Assembly: GCA_035461265.1 (NCBI GenBank)
Contig: DATHVO010000293.1
Coordinates: forward strand, 1-61,747
Reading direction: 5' to 3'
DNA length: 61,747 nucleotides
Source: Longimicrobiales bacterium
Lineage (GTDB): Bacteria > Gemmatimonadota > Gemmatimonadetes > Longimicrobiales > RSA9
Part shown: positions 1-8,794 of the stretch, one piece after another
Position numbering within the stretch: position 1 is the stretch's first letter
Layout of the letters: every line of letters begins with the position of its first letter
The notes under the pieces: model-generated
Database searches by the model: none
Seen by the model: the letters and a program-made list of their open reading frames with translations, nothing else
What the model was told of the DNA's origin: nothing
Translations under genes and position numbers: made by a program

Positions 1-250
1 CGGCCTGCGCCACCGGACACCACCGCCGGCGGTGAGGACGGCACCGCCACCGGCGGCGGCCCGGGGGGCACGAGCATTCCTGCCGGAGCGGCTACGGGAA
101 CGCCTTAGCGGCGGGCCCGTCGGGCGGCCCCAACCGCGCGCCGCCGCCCGTTGACAGGAGGGCCCTTTTCGCGCCACTCTGCCCCGGCCGGGGCCCCGCC
201 CCGGCGAGCTACGGGCAGGACCGCCCGGCTCTCATGGAGGCGAGACAATC

Positions 251-1456
251 ATGCGCATGCGGGTATTGGGCGCGGGCCTGCAGGGCTCCGCGTGTGCATA
301 CGACCTGCTGCAGGACGAGTCCGTCGAGCAGGTCGTTCTGGCGGATCAGAAGACCGACACGCTGCCGACCTTCCTCGACCGCTACCGCGACGACCCGCGG
401 CTGCGTCTCATCAGGTTCGACGCCCGCTCGAAGGACGACATCAGGGCTGCCATGCGCGGCATGGACGCGTGCATGAATGCGCTCCCCTACTACTTCAACC
501 TCGACGTCGCCACTGTCGCCGTCGAGGAGGGGGTCCACTACTCTGACCTGGGCGGGAACACGGCCATCGTCTTCGACCAGCTCAAGCTGGACGATCGTGC
601 GCGGGAGGCCGGGATCAGCGTCATTCCCGACTGCGGCCTGGCTCCGGGCATGGTCAACATACTGGCGGCGGCGGGGATCGACGAGCTGGACGAGGCGGAC
701 ACCGTGCGCATCCGCGTCGGCGGCCTGCCCCAGGATCCCCAGCCGCCCCTGAACTACCAGATCGTGTATTCACTCCATGGCGTGCTGGACTACTACACGA
801 CGCCGTCGTGGGTGCTGCGGGAGGGCGAGCCCCGGCAGGTGGACGCCCTGACCGAGATCGAACCGGTGGATTTTCCGGACCCCGTCGGGACGCTGGAGGC
901 GTTCCATACCGCCGGCGGCCTGTCCACCATGCCCTGGACCTACCGGGACAGGCTCACCACCATGGAGTACAAGACGCTGCGCTACCCCGGGCACGCCGAC
1001 CAGATGCGCACCATCCGGGACCTGGGCCTGCTGGACCTCGACCCCGTCGAGATCGACGGCGTCCACGTTGCGCCCCGCGACGTCTTCATCGCCTGCGCCG
1101 AGCCGCGCCTGCTCCGGCCGCAGGCGGCCGACCTGGTGGCCCTCCGGGTCGAGGCGGAAGGCCGGAAGGACGGCCAGCCCGCCCGCGTCGTCTTCGACCT
1201 CCTCGACTACTACGATGAGGACACGGGCATCAGCGCCATGGAACGGACCACCGGGTTCTCCCTGGCCATAACGGGGCTGCTCCAGGCCCGGAAGCAGTTC
1301 AGGACCGCGGGCGTCCTGACGCCCGACCTCGCCGTGCCGGCAGAGCTGTACATTGACGAGCTCCGCCGTCGCAATATCCGCATCACGCGGCGCGTCGATA
1401 CGGGCGCCGCTCGAGCGGACGCGGCGGGCCGCAAGGCTTCCGTCACCGGCGTCTGA
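251..1456 (+). CDS. saccharopine dehydrogenase-family NAD(P)-dependent oxidoreductase (lysine 6-dehydrogenase-like)
   Basis: 401-aa ORF. It has an N-terminal Rossmann motif (VLGAGLQG), and the body (PDCGLAPGMVNILA, YSLHGVLDYY, LRYPGH) resembles the saccharopine dehydrogenase family. Stop TGA at 1454-1456. Confidence 0.75.
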   Translation: MRMRVLGAGLQGSACAYDLLQDESVEQVVLADQKTDTLPTFLDRYRDDPRLRLIRFDARSKDDIRAAMRGMDACMNALPYYFNLDVATVAVEEGVHYSDLGGNTAIVFDQLKLDDRAREAGISVIPDCGLAPGMVNILAAAGIDELDEADTVRIRVGGLPQDPQPPLNYQIVYSLHGVLDYYTTPSWVLREGEPRQVDALTEIEPVDFPDPVGTLEAFHTAGGLSTMPWTYRDRLTTMEYKTLRYPGHADQMRTIRDLGLLDLDPVEIDGVHVAPRDVFIACAEPRLLRPQAADLVALRVEAEGRKDGQPARVVFDLLDYYDEDTGISAMERTTGFSLAITGLLQARKQFRTAGVLTPDLAVPAELYIDELRRRNIRITRRVDTGAARADAAGRKASVTGV

Positions 1457-1518
1457 GACCCGTCCGGGCCGGGGCACGCGCCCCGGTCCGGTACTCCGCC
1501 GGCCCGCACGCCCCTTTC

Positions 1519-1529
1519 TTGCATATAAT
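1519..1529 (+). promoter_or_regulatory. candidate -10 region (TTGCATATAAT) for the downstream secreted-protein gene
   Basis: Perfect TATAAT at 1524-1529 in a locally AT-richer patch, about 47 nt upstream of the ATG at 1576. No good -35 box seen. Confidence 0.3.
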
Positions 1530-1575
1530 CCCGCTATCGAGGCACAGCACCGGGCCGCAACCGGAGGAGGAAGCC

Positions 1576-2430
1576 ATGAAGCTCGCCCTCGCCACTCTCG
1601 CCATCGCCATCCTCGCCGTACCCGTACCCGCACGCGCCCAGGCATCCGACGTCGATCGCCGTGTGTACACGTTCCTGGACAACCGGCTCGAGGTGGCCGT
1701 CGTCACGGACGCACCCGGCGAGCTGCAGGTCGTGCGCGGAGAACGCGGACGCGTCGAGGTCGCATCCCGTTCCAGCGACGGATTCGCCGGCGCCGGGCTG
1801 GGCGGCGCCCTCACCCGCCAGCTGAGGCTCACCGCCGTCGGCAACGGCGACGTGCAGTACCTGGTGGTCGTGCCCGAACACGTGAACGTTCGCATCCAGC
1901 TCCCCGACGGTGAAAGCGCCACGGTGGCGTCCAGTGTGCCGTCTGCGTCCTTCAGCTGGGGCCGCGCCAGCGCCCACGGCCTCATGCACGGGGACTGGGA
2001 CGCCCATGCCGCAGCGCCGTCCGGCGACCTCATCGTCATTCGCCCCACCACGGCCGGTGGCCTGTACGTCGTTCACGACGTGCCCCGCGCACCCACGGAT
2101 GTGAACCTGCCCGACCTGGCCGCCGTGCGGTCCCTCAGCCTGCGGTTCGAAGGGAGCGCATTCAGGATCGCCGCGTCCAGGCCCCTCAATGTCGAGCCCG
2201 GAAGCCCGTCCCGCATGGAGCTCCACATCGCCGGCGAGCCCACCGATATCGTCCTCTACATCCCGAGGGAGGCCGGCGCGTTCACCCTCACGGTGGCCGG
2301 CCGCCGCATCGCGGAGACCGTCGCCGGGCGCCCCCGCGCACTCTGCGGCAACGTCATCGTTCAGGAGCCGACATCGCACCAGGTCTGGCTCACGTTCCGT
2401 CCGCAGTCCGGCCGGCTCGACTGCCGTTGA
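1576..2430 (+). CDS. secreted hypothetical protein
   Basis: Internal ATG of ORF 1519..2430, preceded by GGAGGAGGAAGCC. N-terminus MKLALATLAIAILAVPVPARAQA is a signal peptide. No family recognised. Confidence 0.6.
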   Translation: MKLALATLAIAILAVPVPARAQASDVDRRVYTFLDNRLEVAVVTDAPGELQVVRGERGRVEVASRSSDGFAGAGLGGALTRQLRLTAVGNGDVQYLVVVPEHVNVRIQLPDGESATVASSVPSASFSWGRASAHGLMHGDWDAHAAAPSGDLIVIRPTTAGGLYVVHDVPRAPTDVNLPDLAAVRSLSLRFEGSAFRIAASRPLNVEPGSPSRMELHIAGEPTDIVLYIPREAGAFTLTVAGRRIAETVAGRPRALCGNVIVQEPTSHQVWLTFRPQSGRLDCR

Positions 2431-2460
2431 CGTGTCGGTTTCCGGGCCGCATGAACTGGC

Positions 2461-2508
2461 GTAACACATTGATATACGGTATGTTACGTAGTGTCCAACA
2501 GATGTTGG
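2461..2508. promoter_or_regulatory. two inverted repeats in an AT-rich patch (possible operator/promoter region)
   Basis: GTAACA-N15-TGTTAC at 2461-2487 and CCAACA-GA-TGTTGG at 2495-2508, followed by TAAAAT at 2516-2521. GC content drops visibly here. Confidence 0.3.
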
Positions 2509-2581
2509 AAACCGCTAAAATCCGAGGCCACAAAGGGGTTGAGGAGACGGGGCGGATCGCTTAGATTGGACGTGGCAAAAC

Positions 2582-2620
2582 GATCCGGCGGGCGGGCGGG
2601 GCGCCGTCCGCCGCCGGATC
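2582..2620 (+). other. long GC-rich hairpin in the sigma-factor leader
   Basis: GATCCGGCGG (2582-2591) is the exact reverse complement of CCGCCGGATC (2611-2620). The inner arms GCGGGCGG/CCGTCCGC extend the stem with one mismatch. Confidence 0.5.
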
Positions 2621-2638
2621 GGATGGGTATGCTGAAGG

Positions 2639-2678
2639 AGCGGGGGCGCCCAGCAGGACGTCGAGCGGCCCCGCTTTT
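2639..2678 (+). terminator. terminator/attenuator-like hairpin plus T-tract immediately upstream of the sigma-factor start
   Basis: AGCGGGG (2639-2645) pairs with CCCCGCT (2669-2675), and a TTTT run covers 2675-2678. The loop is long (about 23 nt). The element ends 2 nt before GTG 2681. Confidence 0.3.
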
Positions 2679-2680
2679 AC

Positions 2681-3316
2681 GTGCGGAAAGGAGTACCCTT
2701 GGCTGCTGCAGTGATGATGAAGCGGAAGCGGGATACCCTGCCGGCGATGGCGGACAATGCGCTGGTGGCGGCGCACCTCGAGGGTCATCCGGGGGCGTTC
2801 TCCGAGTTGTACGACCGGTATCACGACCGGTTGATGCATTTCATCGCCCGCAAGACGGGTGACCGGGACCGTGCGGAAGACCTGGTGCAGGAAGCGTTCA
2901 TCCGGGTGACCCGTCACCTGCATCGTTTCGACCACAACAAGAAGTTCTCGACGTGGATCTACACGATCTGCTCGAACCTGGCGAAGAACGAGCTTCGGAA
3001 TCGGTCCCGTAGTCCGCTGGTGCTGTTCCAGAAGCTGACGACGCACTGGGATCCGGACCACAGGCCGCTCCAGTTCGAGGATTCAAAGGCGCGTCCGGAC
3101 GACCAGTACCGGAAGCGGTACCTGGAACTGATCGTGGAGCAGACGGTGGAGGAGCTGCCGGCGCATCACCAGCTGGTGTTCCGTCTGCGCGAGCTGGAGG
3201 GCAAGAGCTACGAGGAGATTGCCGAGATCACCGGTGTGAACCTGGGCACGGTGAAGAGCCGTCTGCACAGGGCACGCACGAGCTTCGCGGAACGAATTGA
3301 GCCGCTGCTGAACTAG
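2681..3316 (+). CDS. ECF-type RNA polymerase sigma-70 family factor
   Basis: Region 2 (DLVQEAFIRVTRHLHRFD, FSTWIYTICSNLAKNELR) and region 4 HTH (SYEEIAEITGVNLGTVKSRLHRAR) are present. The start is uncertain: GTG 2681, TTG 2699 (5 nt after GGAAAGGAG) or GTG/ATG 2711-2716. Confidence 0.85.
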   Translation: MRKGVPLAAAVMMKRKRDTLPAMADNALVAAHLEGHPGAFSELYDRYHDRLMHFIARKTGDRDRAEDLVQEAFIRVTRHLHRFDHNKKFSTWIYTICSNLAKNELRNRSRSPLVLFQKLTTHWDPDHRPLQFEDSKARPDDQYRKRYLELIVEQTVEELPAHHQLVFRLRELEGKSYEEIAEITGVNLGTVKSRLHRARTSFAERIEPLLN

Positions 3317-3340
3317 GCCGGTCGGCGGTGGTGTGCAGTG

Positions 3341-3372
3341 GAGAGGCGGGTTCCGATCGGGGCCCGCCTCTC
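3341..3372. terminator. hairpin between convergent genes (possible bidirectional terminator)
   Basis: GAGAGGCGGG (3341-3350) and CCCGCCTCTC (3363-3372) form a perfect 10-bp stem with a 12-nt loop. There is no clear U-tract. Confidence 0.4.
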
Positions 3373-3384
3373 GCGCATCCGGCG

Positions 3385-4830
3385 TCACTTCGTGACAGCG
3401 CGGAGGCCCACGAGTAGGGCGTACTCGGCGTAACGCCCCAGTCCGGCGAACGGGAAGTCGGCGTTCCAGTGGTCGGCGGGCAGGTGGTACCGGTCCCACC
3501 GGCGCCGCAGGGCCTCCCGTTCTTCGGGGGAGGTGTCTTCCCACTCGCTCCCGGGGATGATGAATATGGCGGGCACTCCGCGTTGCAGGAACGGCCAGTG
3601 GTCGGAGTTTGGCCCGGCCGCGCCGAGGCTTGCGGTCCAGCCGCGCTCCTCGGCGACCTCGCGTGCGATCTCGCCCAGCGCCGAGAGGCCGCCGGCGATA
3701 CGCCATGACACGGGGGGCGCCGGCGGCGCGCCGGCGTCCAGGTTGATCAGGGCGACCACGCGCTGGAGCGGCAGGATCCCGCCGGCGGCGAGGTGCGACG
3801 ATCCGAGGAGCCCGCGCTCCTCGGCGGTGAGGAAGAGGAATGCCACGGATCGTCCCGGCGGCGAGTCGCGCAGCGCTTCGGCGATGGCGAGGAGCATGGC
3901 AACGCCGGCGGCGTTGTCCGAGAACCCGTTGTAGATCGAGTCGCCTGAGACGTCGGGCGCGCTGATGCCCAGATGGTCGTAGTGCGCGGTGTAGACTAGA
4001 TACTCGTCGCGCAGGGCCGGGTCGCTGCCCGGCAACACGGCCGCGACGTTGGCCGCGGAGAGAGCCTCGAGCTGCACGGCGACCCGGGCATCGACGGATC
4101 GGCGCAGGTCACGGCCGCGGGACCACGACTCCGGCGGCGGCGACACGCCGTCCAGCAGCGCGGCCGTCAACTCCGGGCCCGCCAGGAGCACCGGGAGGTC
4201 GGGCTGCCAGACGGGGTCGTCCACCGGGGCATCGACGAAGTACCTGCGCGGCCCGCGGCTCCGGACGAACAGATCGTAGGCATCGGCATCCGGTACCAGC
4301 AGGATGACGCCCCGTGTGCCGGCTGCCTCCAGCGCGGGTACGATTTCCAGCGCCGGCGCCCCGAGCGGGCCCGCGAACACGGCCACCCGGCCGTGCATGG
4401 TCGGCTCGGCAGCGATCCGGGCGAGGGCATCGGCAGGGTCGCCGAAGTACACGAGGTCGCCGGCGAAGCCACGGAAGGCCGGGGCCGCGCCGGTGTTGAA
4501 GATGAAATCCGTTCCGTAGCGGAAGACGGTGCTGTCCCGGTCCGTCCGCAGGATCAAGGCGGAGGCGGGATCGATGATTGCGGCCCCGAGAGGGACGGGG
4601 AGCTTGTAACCCGCCGCGCCCGGCAGCGGAGAAAGTCCCAGCCGCTCGAGCTGGCTCGCCACGTACGCCGCCGCCACCGCCTCCCCCTCCGTGCCCGTAC
4701 CGCGTCCGGCCAGGAGGTCGTGTGCCAGGAAGCGCGTATGCCCCCGGATCGCAAGCGTGTCGATGCCCTGCGCCGCGGCGGGCGTCGCACCGGCCAGTGC
4801 GGCCAGGACCGGAAGAAGAAAGCGTCGCAT
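3385..4830 (-). CDS. M28-family zinc aminopeptidase, secreted
   Basis: M28 metal-ligand blocks are present: AHYDHLG, GFSDNAAGVAMLLAIAEAL, FLFLTAEERGLLGSSH. The internal ATG at 4830 gives signal peptide MRRFLLPVLAALAGATPAAAQG. Confidence 0.8.
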   Translation of the reverse strand: MRRFLLPVLAALAGATPAAAQGIDTLAIRGHTRFLAHDLLAGRGTGTEGEAVAAAYVASQLERLGLSPLPGAAGYKLPVPLGAAIIDPASALILRTDRDSTVFRYGTDFIFNTGAAPAFRGFAGDLVYFGDPADALARIAAEPTMHGRVAVFAGPLGAPALEIVPALEAAGTRGVILLVPDADAYDLFVRSRGPRRYFVDAPVDDPVWQPDLPVLLAGPELTAALLDGVSPPPESWSRGRDLRRSVDARVAVQLEALSAANVAAVLPGSDPALRDEYLVYTAHYDHLGISAPDVSGDSIYNGFSDNAAGVAMLLAIAEALRDSPPGRSVAFLFLTAEERGLLGSSHLAAGGILPLQRVVALINLDAGAPPAPPVSWRIAGGLSALGEIAREVAEERGWTASLGAAGPNSDHWPFLQRGVPAIFIIPGSEWEDTSPEEREALRRRWDRYHLPADHWNADFPFAGLGRYAEYALLVGLRAVTK

Positions 4831-4912
4831 GATCCGTCCCGAAGCAGGAACGCCCCCTCGTGCGAGGTGGCGTTCCTGTGTACGGCGACGGCGACGGAAG
4901 GTTCCTGCCGCC

Positions 4913-5665
4913 TCAGCCGCGGAGCACCTTGTCGGCATAGCCGTTGTCCGGGTTGCCCCCCTTCTTCAACACCCTGTCCACCGTCCCCGGCCCACGGTTG
5001 TACGCCAGCAGCGCCAGGCGGACATCGCCCCGGTACTTGCCGATCATCTGGTCCAGATACCTGAAGCCGAGCCGCAGGTTGGTCTGGCGGTCGTGCAGAT
5101 CCTGCGTGCGGGTCCCGGGTACCAGCCAGGCCGCCGTCCGCGGCATGACCTGTGTCAGGCCCCGGGCCCCCACCGGACTCACCGCCCCTTCGTTGAACGT
5201 GCTCTCCGTCCTCACCAGCCCATAGGCCAGCCGGGGCTCGATGTTCTCCTCCCGCGCGATGTCGTAAATGTCCTCCGCCAGCTCCCGCGCAATCCCGTAC
5301 CGGTCCACCGCATGACGCACCTGACGGTCCCGGGCCTGCTCCTCACGGGACTCCGCAATGCGTTCCGCCAGCGCCTCCTCCGTGTCGTCCACCGCTGCCG
5401 CGGCTTCAGCAGACGCCGCCACCTCCGTGCCGTCGTCGGACGAATCTGCGGGCTCCTCCGCGCTCGTGGCACGAACCATCGGAACCGCCATGCCCGCCAG
5501 CCCCAGCCCGATCAGCGGCTGCCGGAACCGCCCGAACCGGCGACCATTACGCGATGGGACGACCGGCGCCCGACGGCCGCCCTGCCGGGATCCGTTCTCC
5601 CCGCGTGCGTCGCCGTGCGGCGCCGATCCGCTCCCCCGCCGCTCCCGTCGCTCCGGTCCGGCCAT
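4913..5665 (-). CDS. lytic murein transglycosylase (SLT domain), membrane-anchored
   Basis: SLT motifs RTESTFN, GLTQVMP and AYNRGPG. ATG at 5665 is preceded by GGGAGGAGAGGGCG on the minus strand. TM segment LIGLGLAGMAVPMV. Confidence 0.8.
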   Translation of the reverse strand: MAGPERRERRGSGSAPHGDARGENGSRQGGRRAPVVPSRNGRRFGRFRQPLIGLGLAGMAVPMVRATSAEEPADSSDDGTEVAASAEAAAAVDDTEEALAERIAESREEQARDRQVRHAVDRYGIARELAEDIYDIAREENIEPRLAYGLVRTESTFNEGAVSPVGARGLTQVMPRTAAWLVPGTRTQDLHDRQTNLRLGFRYLDQMIGKYRGDVRLALLAYNRGPGTVDRVLKKGGNPDNGYADKVLRG

Positions 5666-5758
5666 CGCCCTCTCCTCCCGTAAATTCTTTGTATCACAAC
5701 AGTTTACATCACGGGAAAATGGTGCATCATCCATGCCGCCGGCGAAACCTGCCCAGCC

Positions 5759-6637
5759 TCACGGCAGCAAGCACCGGAGCAGCGACAAGGGCGCAGGCAG
5801 GCGAGCCGGGCCGGTCTCGCTCACGAGATACACGGTCCCGTCGGCCGCAAGGGCAACGCCCTCGCCCTGGGGCTCGTCGAGGGCGGCGAGGTCGAAGCCC
5901 GGGTGGGTCCAGGCCGCGGCCAGCGTGTCCTCAACGAACCGGTAAAGTTGCAGGTGCGAGTAGGACCGTACGGCAACGTACTGTCCGTCGGGGGTGGCGG
6001 AGGCGCCGGTGACGAGGTCCGGCAGCTGGACCAGGCCGGGCGTGAGCTGTTGCACGGGCACGAGAGTGACGCGGTGATCGGCCTGGAATGGCGCGGGGTA
6101 TCGGTAGACGGTGACCGGTCCGTCCCTGCCCTTTGTGATGATGAGCACCGTCGTGTCGGGGAGGACGACGAGGGCCTCGGCGTCACGTGGTCCGTCCGGG
6201 TACTGGAACGGGAACCGCTCGACGCCGGTCACCACGCGGTCATCGGGGTGGGGCTCCGGGACCCGCAGTATGGCGCGGTCCTCGCGGTCGTGGAAGTTGT
6301 CACCGATGTCGCCGATGTAGAGGCAGTGGTCGTGGGGGCAGGGGCCGGCGGCGATGTCCTCCCAGTCGGATTGCGCCCCGGCGTCCGGGAGCTCAATCTC
6401 CGCCCGCAGCGATCCGTCGGCACGGAGTGCGTACAGGGCGGGCGTGCCTTCGGAGTCGTTGTGCACCCACAGCATGCCGGGGTTCCGGCGTGAGAGGGCG
6501 ATGCCGCTGGCCTCGTCGAGTGCGGGCGGCAGGGTGGCGACGCGGGTGGCGTCGGTGCAGAGGGCGTCGCCGGCGGTGTTGCCGGCGCATGCGGAGATGA
6601 ACAGGGCCAGGGCGAAGCCGGCGATTCGTCGGGACAT
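5759..6637 (-). CDS. hypothetical lipoprotein (beta-propeller-like)
   Basis: The internal ATG at 6637 gives lipobox MSRRIAGFALALFISAC. The body (LDEASGIAL, LWVHNDSEG, CLYIGDIGDN) is reminiscent of SdiA-regulated/phytase-like propeller proteins. The family call is tentative. Confidence 0.6.
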   Translation of the reverse strand: MSRRIAGFALALFISACAGNTAGDALCTDATRVATLPPALDEASGIALSRRNPGMLWVHNDSEGTPALYALRADGSLRAEIELPDAGAQSDWEDIAAGPCPHDHCLYIGDIGDNFHDREDRAILRVPEPHPDDRVVTGVERFPFQYPDGPRDAEALVVLPDTTVLIITKGRDGPVTVYRYPAPFQADHRVTLVPVQQLTPGLVQLPDLVTGASATPDGQYVAVRSYSHLQLYRFVEDTLAAAWTHPGFDLAALDEPQGEGVALAADGTVYLVSETGPARLPAPLSLLRCLLP

Positions 6638-6683
6638 GGGCGGAAGGGAACGGATTCGTCGCTGGTGTGCAACGGGGATGTGT

Positions 6684-7175
6684 ATGAGTGAGCGGATAGG
6701 TGTGCTGTTCGTGTGTCTGGGCAACATCTGCCGGTCTCCGCTGGCGGAGGGCGTGTTCAGGGGACTGGTGGCGGAGGAGGGGTTGGAGGACCGGTTCGAC
6801 ATCGATTCGGCCGGTACCTCGTCGTATCATGCGGGCGACCCGCCGGATCCGCGGACGGTCTCCGTGGCGGCGCAGCGTGGCGTGCGGCTCGAGCATGCGG
6901 CGCGGCAGCTGACCGAGGATGACCTGGCGCGCTACCACTATGTGCTGGCGATGGACGCGAGCAACCTGGGCCGGATCGAGCGGCTGGCCGCCGGAGCTCC
7001 TGCCGTCCAGGCGGACATCCGTCTGCTGCGGGAGTTCGACGACGGTGCGGATGGTGAGCTCGAGGTGCCCGATCCGTATTTCGGGGGGGCGGGCGGCTTC
7101 GAGGATGTGCACGACATGGTGGAGCGGGCGTGCCGCGGCCTGCTGCGGCACATCCGGGAGGCGGACGGTCCGTGA
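6684..7175 (+). CDS. low-molecular-weight protein-tyrosine phosphatase
   Basis: CX5R(S) P-loop VCLGNICRSP near the N-terminus and the DP loop VPDPYFG. Internal ATG of ORF 6354..7175. Confidence 0.85.
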   Translation: MSERIGVLFVCLGNICRSPLAEGVFRGLVAEEGLEDRFDIDSAGTSSYHAGDPPDPRTVSVAAQRGVRLEHAARQLTEDDLARYHYVLAMDASNLGRIERLAAGAPAVQADIRLLREFDDGADGELEVPDPYFGGAGGFEDVHDMVERACRGLLRHIREADGP

Positions 7176-8032
7176 CGCTCGAGGCGGCCGTCCTCAACGG
7201 GATCGCCGCGTCTCTCGGGCGGCCGGTCGTGCGGGCGGTCCCGGTCTCCGGCGGTTGCATCAGCCCGTCGTTCCGGACGCACCTGGAGGGCGGGGCTGTG
7301 GTCTTCGTGAAGACGGCGCCGGAGGGGGCGGGTCCGGACCTCCTGGCGCAGGAGGCCGTCTCCCTGGATCGCCTGGGGGAGGCCGGCGCCGTGCGCGTGC
7401 CCCGGGTGCTGGGCCGGGGTGACGGCTGGCTGGCACTCGAGTGGCTGGAGCCGCGGGTCGGAACGTCCGCTGACTGGGCCCTGCTCGGGCGCCGGCTGGC
7501 TGGCCTCCACGGCGTCAAGGCGGAGGCGCCGGGGTGGCCGGCGGACAACTACATCGGGCCGCTCCCGCAGAGGAACGCGTCGGCGGGGTCATGGGCGGAT
7601 TTCTGGGCTCGCCGTCGGCTGGCCCCGCAGCTGGAGCTGGCGGGGGGGCGGGTGGCGGGCCGGATGCGGGCGCTGTTCGACCGCATCATGGACGAGGTGG
7701 ACGACCGGCTCGCAGGGGCGGAAGCAGACGGCTACTCGCTCCTGCACGGCGACCTGTGGAACGGAAACGTGCACATGACGTCGGAGGGCCCCGCGCTGGT
7801 CGATCCGTCCAGCTGGTTCGGCCACCGGGAGGTGGACCTGGCCATGGCCGATCTGTTTGGCGGCTTTCCCCGCGAGTTCCGCGGCGCCTACGATGCCGAA
7901 TGGCCGCCGCTACCCGGCGCCGCGGCTCGCCGGCCCGTGTACCAGCTCTACTACCTGCTCGTTCACCTCAATCTGTTCGGCGACGCCTACCTGGCCGGGA
8001 CGGAGCGGGCGCTGCGCGCTGCCCTCGCCTGA
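7172..8032 (+). CDS. fructosamine/ketosamine-3-kinase family protein
   Basis: LLHGDLWNGN catalytic motif and C-terminal YQLYYLLVHLNLFG. GTG 7172 overlaps the upstream stop (GTGA). Confidence 0.8.
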   Translation: MTLEAAVLNGIAASLGRPVVRAVPVSGGCISPSFRTHLEGGAVVFVKTAPEGAGPDLLAQEAVSLDRLGEAGAVRVPRVLGRGDGWLALEWLEPRVGTSADWALLGRRLAGLHGVKAEAPGWPADNYIGPLPQRNASAGSWADFWARRRLAPQLELAGGRVAGRMRALFDRIMDEVDDRLAGAEADGYSLLHGDLWNGNVHMTSEGPALVDPSSWFGHREVDLAMADLFGGFPREFRGAYDAEWPPLPGAAARRPVYQLYYLLVHLNLFGDAYLAGTERALRAALA

Positions 8033-8051
8033 CCACCATCCAACTGCCGGC

Positions 8052-8768
8052 TCACGCGGCTCCGATGCCGATGGCCGCGCCGGCTATGCCCGGCAGTGCG
8101 GCCAGGAGCCACGTCACCCCGGCAATGGCCGCGGCCCGTGCGCGGCTCGCACCGAACACGACGGCGACGCCGATGCCCCAGAGGACCGCCTGCCATATGG
8201 CGAAGACGTCCAGCCGTCGGAGGAGGGCCATCGTCACCGGGTTCATCTCGGCATCGCCCACGAAGCGCAGTGCGCCGAATGACGTGTGGCGGATCACGTC
8301 CAGGCCGACTTCCCCATGGATGAGCACGGACACGCCGCCGGCGATCTGTGCGACGAGATAGATGAACGCGGCGTAGGTGGCGATGAGCATGGTCCGCGAG
8401 AGTGTCGTCTGCACGTCCGCCATGCGTCCCACGCCGAGGAGGAGCAATGCCGCGACGGCGATGACGAAGAGGTAGGTGATGGGGATGAGGATGGAGCCCA
8501 GCACCTGAAACAGTATGCCGAAGCGCTCGATGGCGCCTGCCGCGTCCGGGTTGGCGGCCGTCGCGGCGCGCATGACCATGCCGTTCGCGGGAAGCATGAC
8601 GAAGTAGAAGATGACCGCCAGGACCAGCAGCGTGATGAGTGGCGGTCCGACGCGGTCGGCGGCGCGGCGGCGGAACAGTTCCACCGGCGAGACGATGACA
8701 TCGATGTAGTCCTCCCACCGTCCCGTCCCGGCCGGCGCGGCGATCGCGGCGCCCTTTGGGTCCGTCAT
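8052..8768 (-). CDS. Yip1-domain integral membrane protein
   Basis: 238 aa with five hydrophobic spans. The N-terminus (WEDYIDVIVSPVELF) is typical of YIP1-like proteins. The family call is by eye. Confidence 0.6.
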   Translation of the reverse strand: MTDPKGAAIAAPAGTGRWEDYIDVIVSPVELFRRRAADRVGPPLITLLVLAVIFYFVMLPANGMVMRAATAANPDAAGAIERFGILFQVLGSILIPITYLFVIAVAALLLLGVGRMADVQTTLSRTMLIATYAAFIYLVAQIAGGVSVLIHGEVGLDVIRHTSFGALRFVGDAEMNPVTMALLRRLDVFAIWQAVLWGIGVAVVFGASRARAAAIAGVTWLLAALPGIAGAAIGIGAA

Positions 8769-8794
8769 GGTGTTCCCCCTTTCGTCGGTCTCCG

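Noticed and set aside
1-108. An open frame from the window edge to TAG 106-108 (…GGEDGTATGGGPGGTSIPAGAATGTP), possibly the C-terminus of a truncated upstream gene.
   Set aside because: It is too short and too low-complexity to support a call. It cannot be distinguished from non-coding GC-rich sequence.
2461-2521. A local AT-rich patch, considered as an integration scar or att site of a mobile element.
   Set aside because: There is no integrase, transposase, tRNA or direct repeat partner anywhere in the window. A promoter/operator interpretation is more economical.
5666-5758. An AT-richer spacer with the direct repeat GTGAT-N10-GTGAT (minus strand) and a CAACAG word also present in the 2495-2508 palindrome, considered as a shared regulatory motif.
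   Set aside because: The shared word is only 6 nt and could easily be chance. Without a genome-wide motif search I cannot support it. The spacer is probably just the transglycosylase promoter region.
6354-6683. A 110-codon upstream extension of the phosphatase ORF, overlapping the start of the lipoprotein gene on the other strand.
   Set aside because: The LMW-PTP P-loop must sit near the N-terminus (CX5R about 10 residues in). The ATG at 6684 satisfies this, and the extension is low-complexity.
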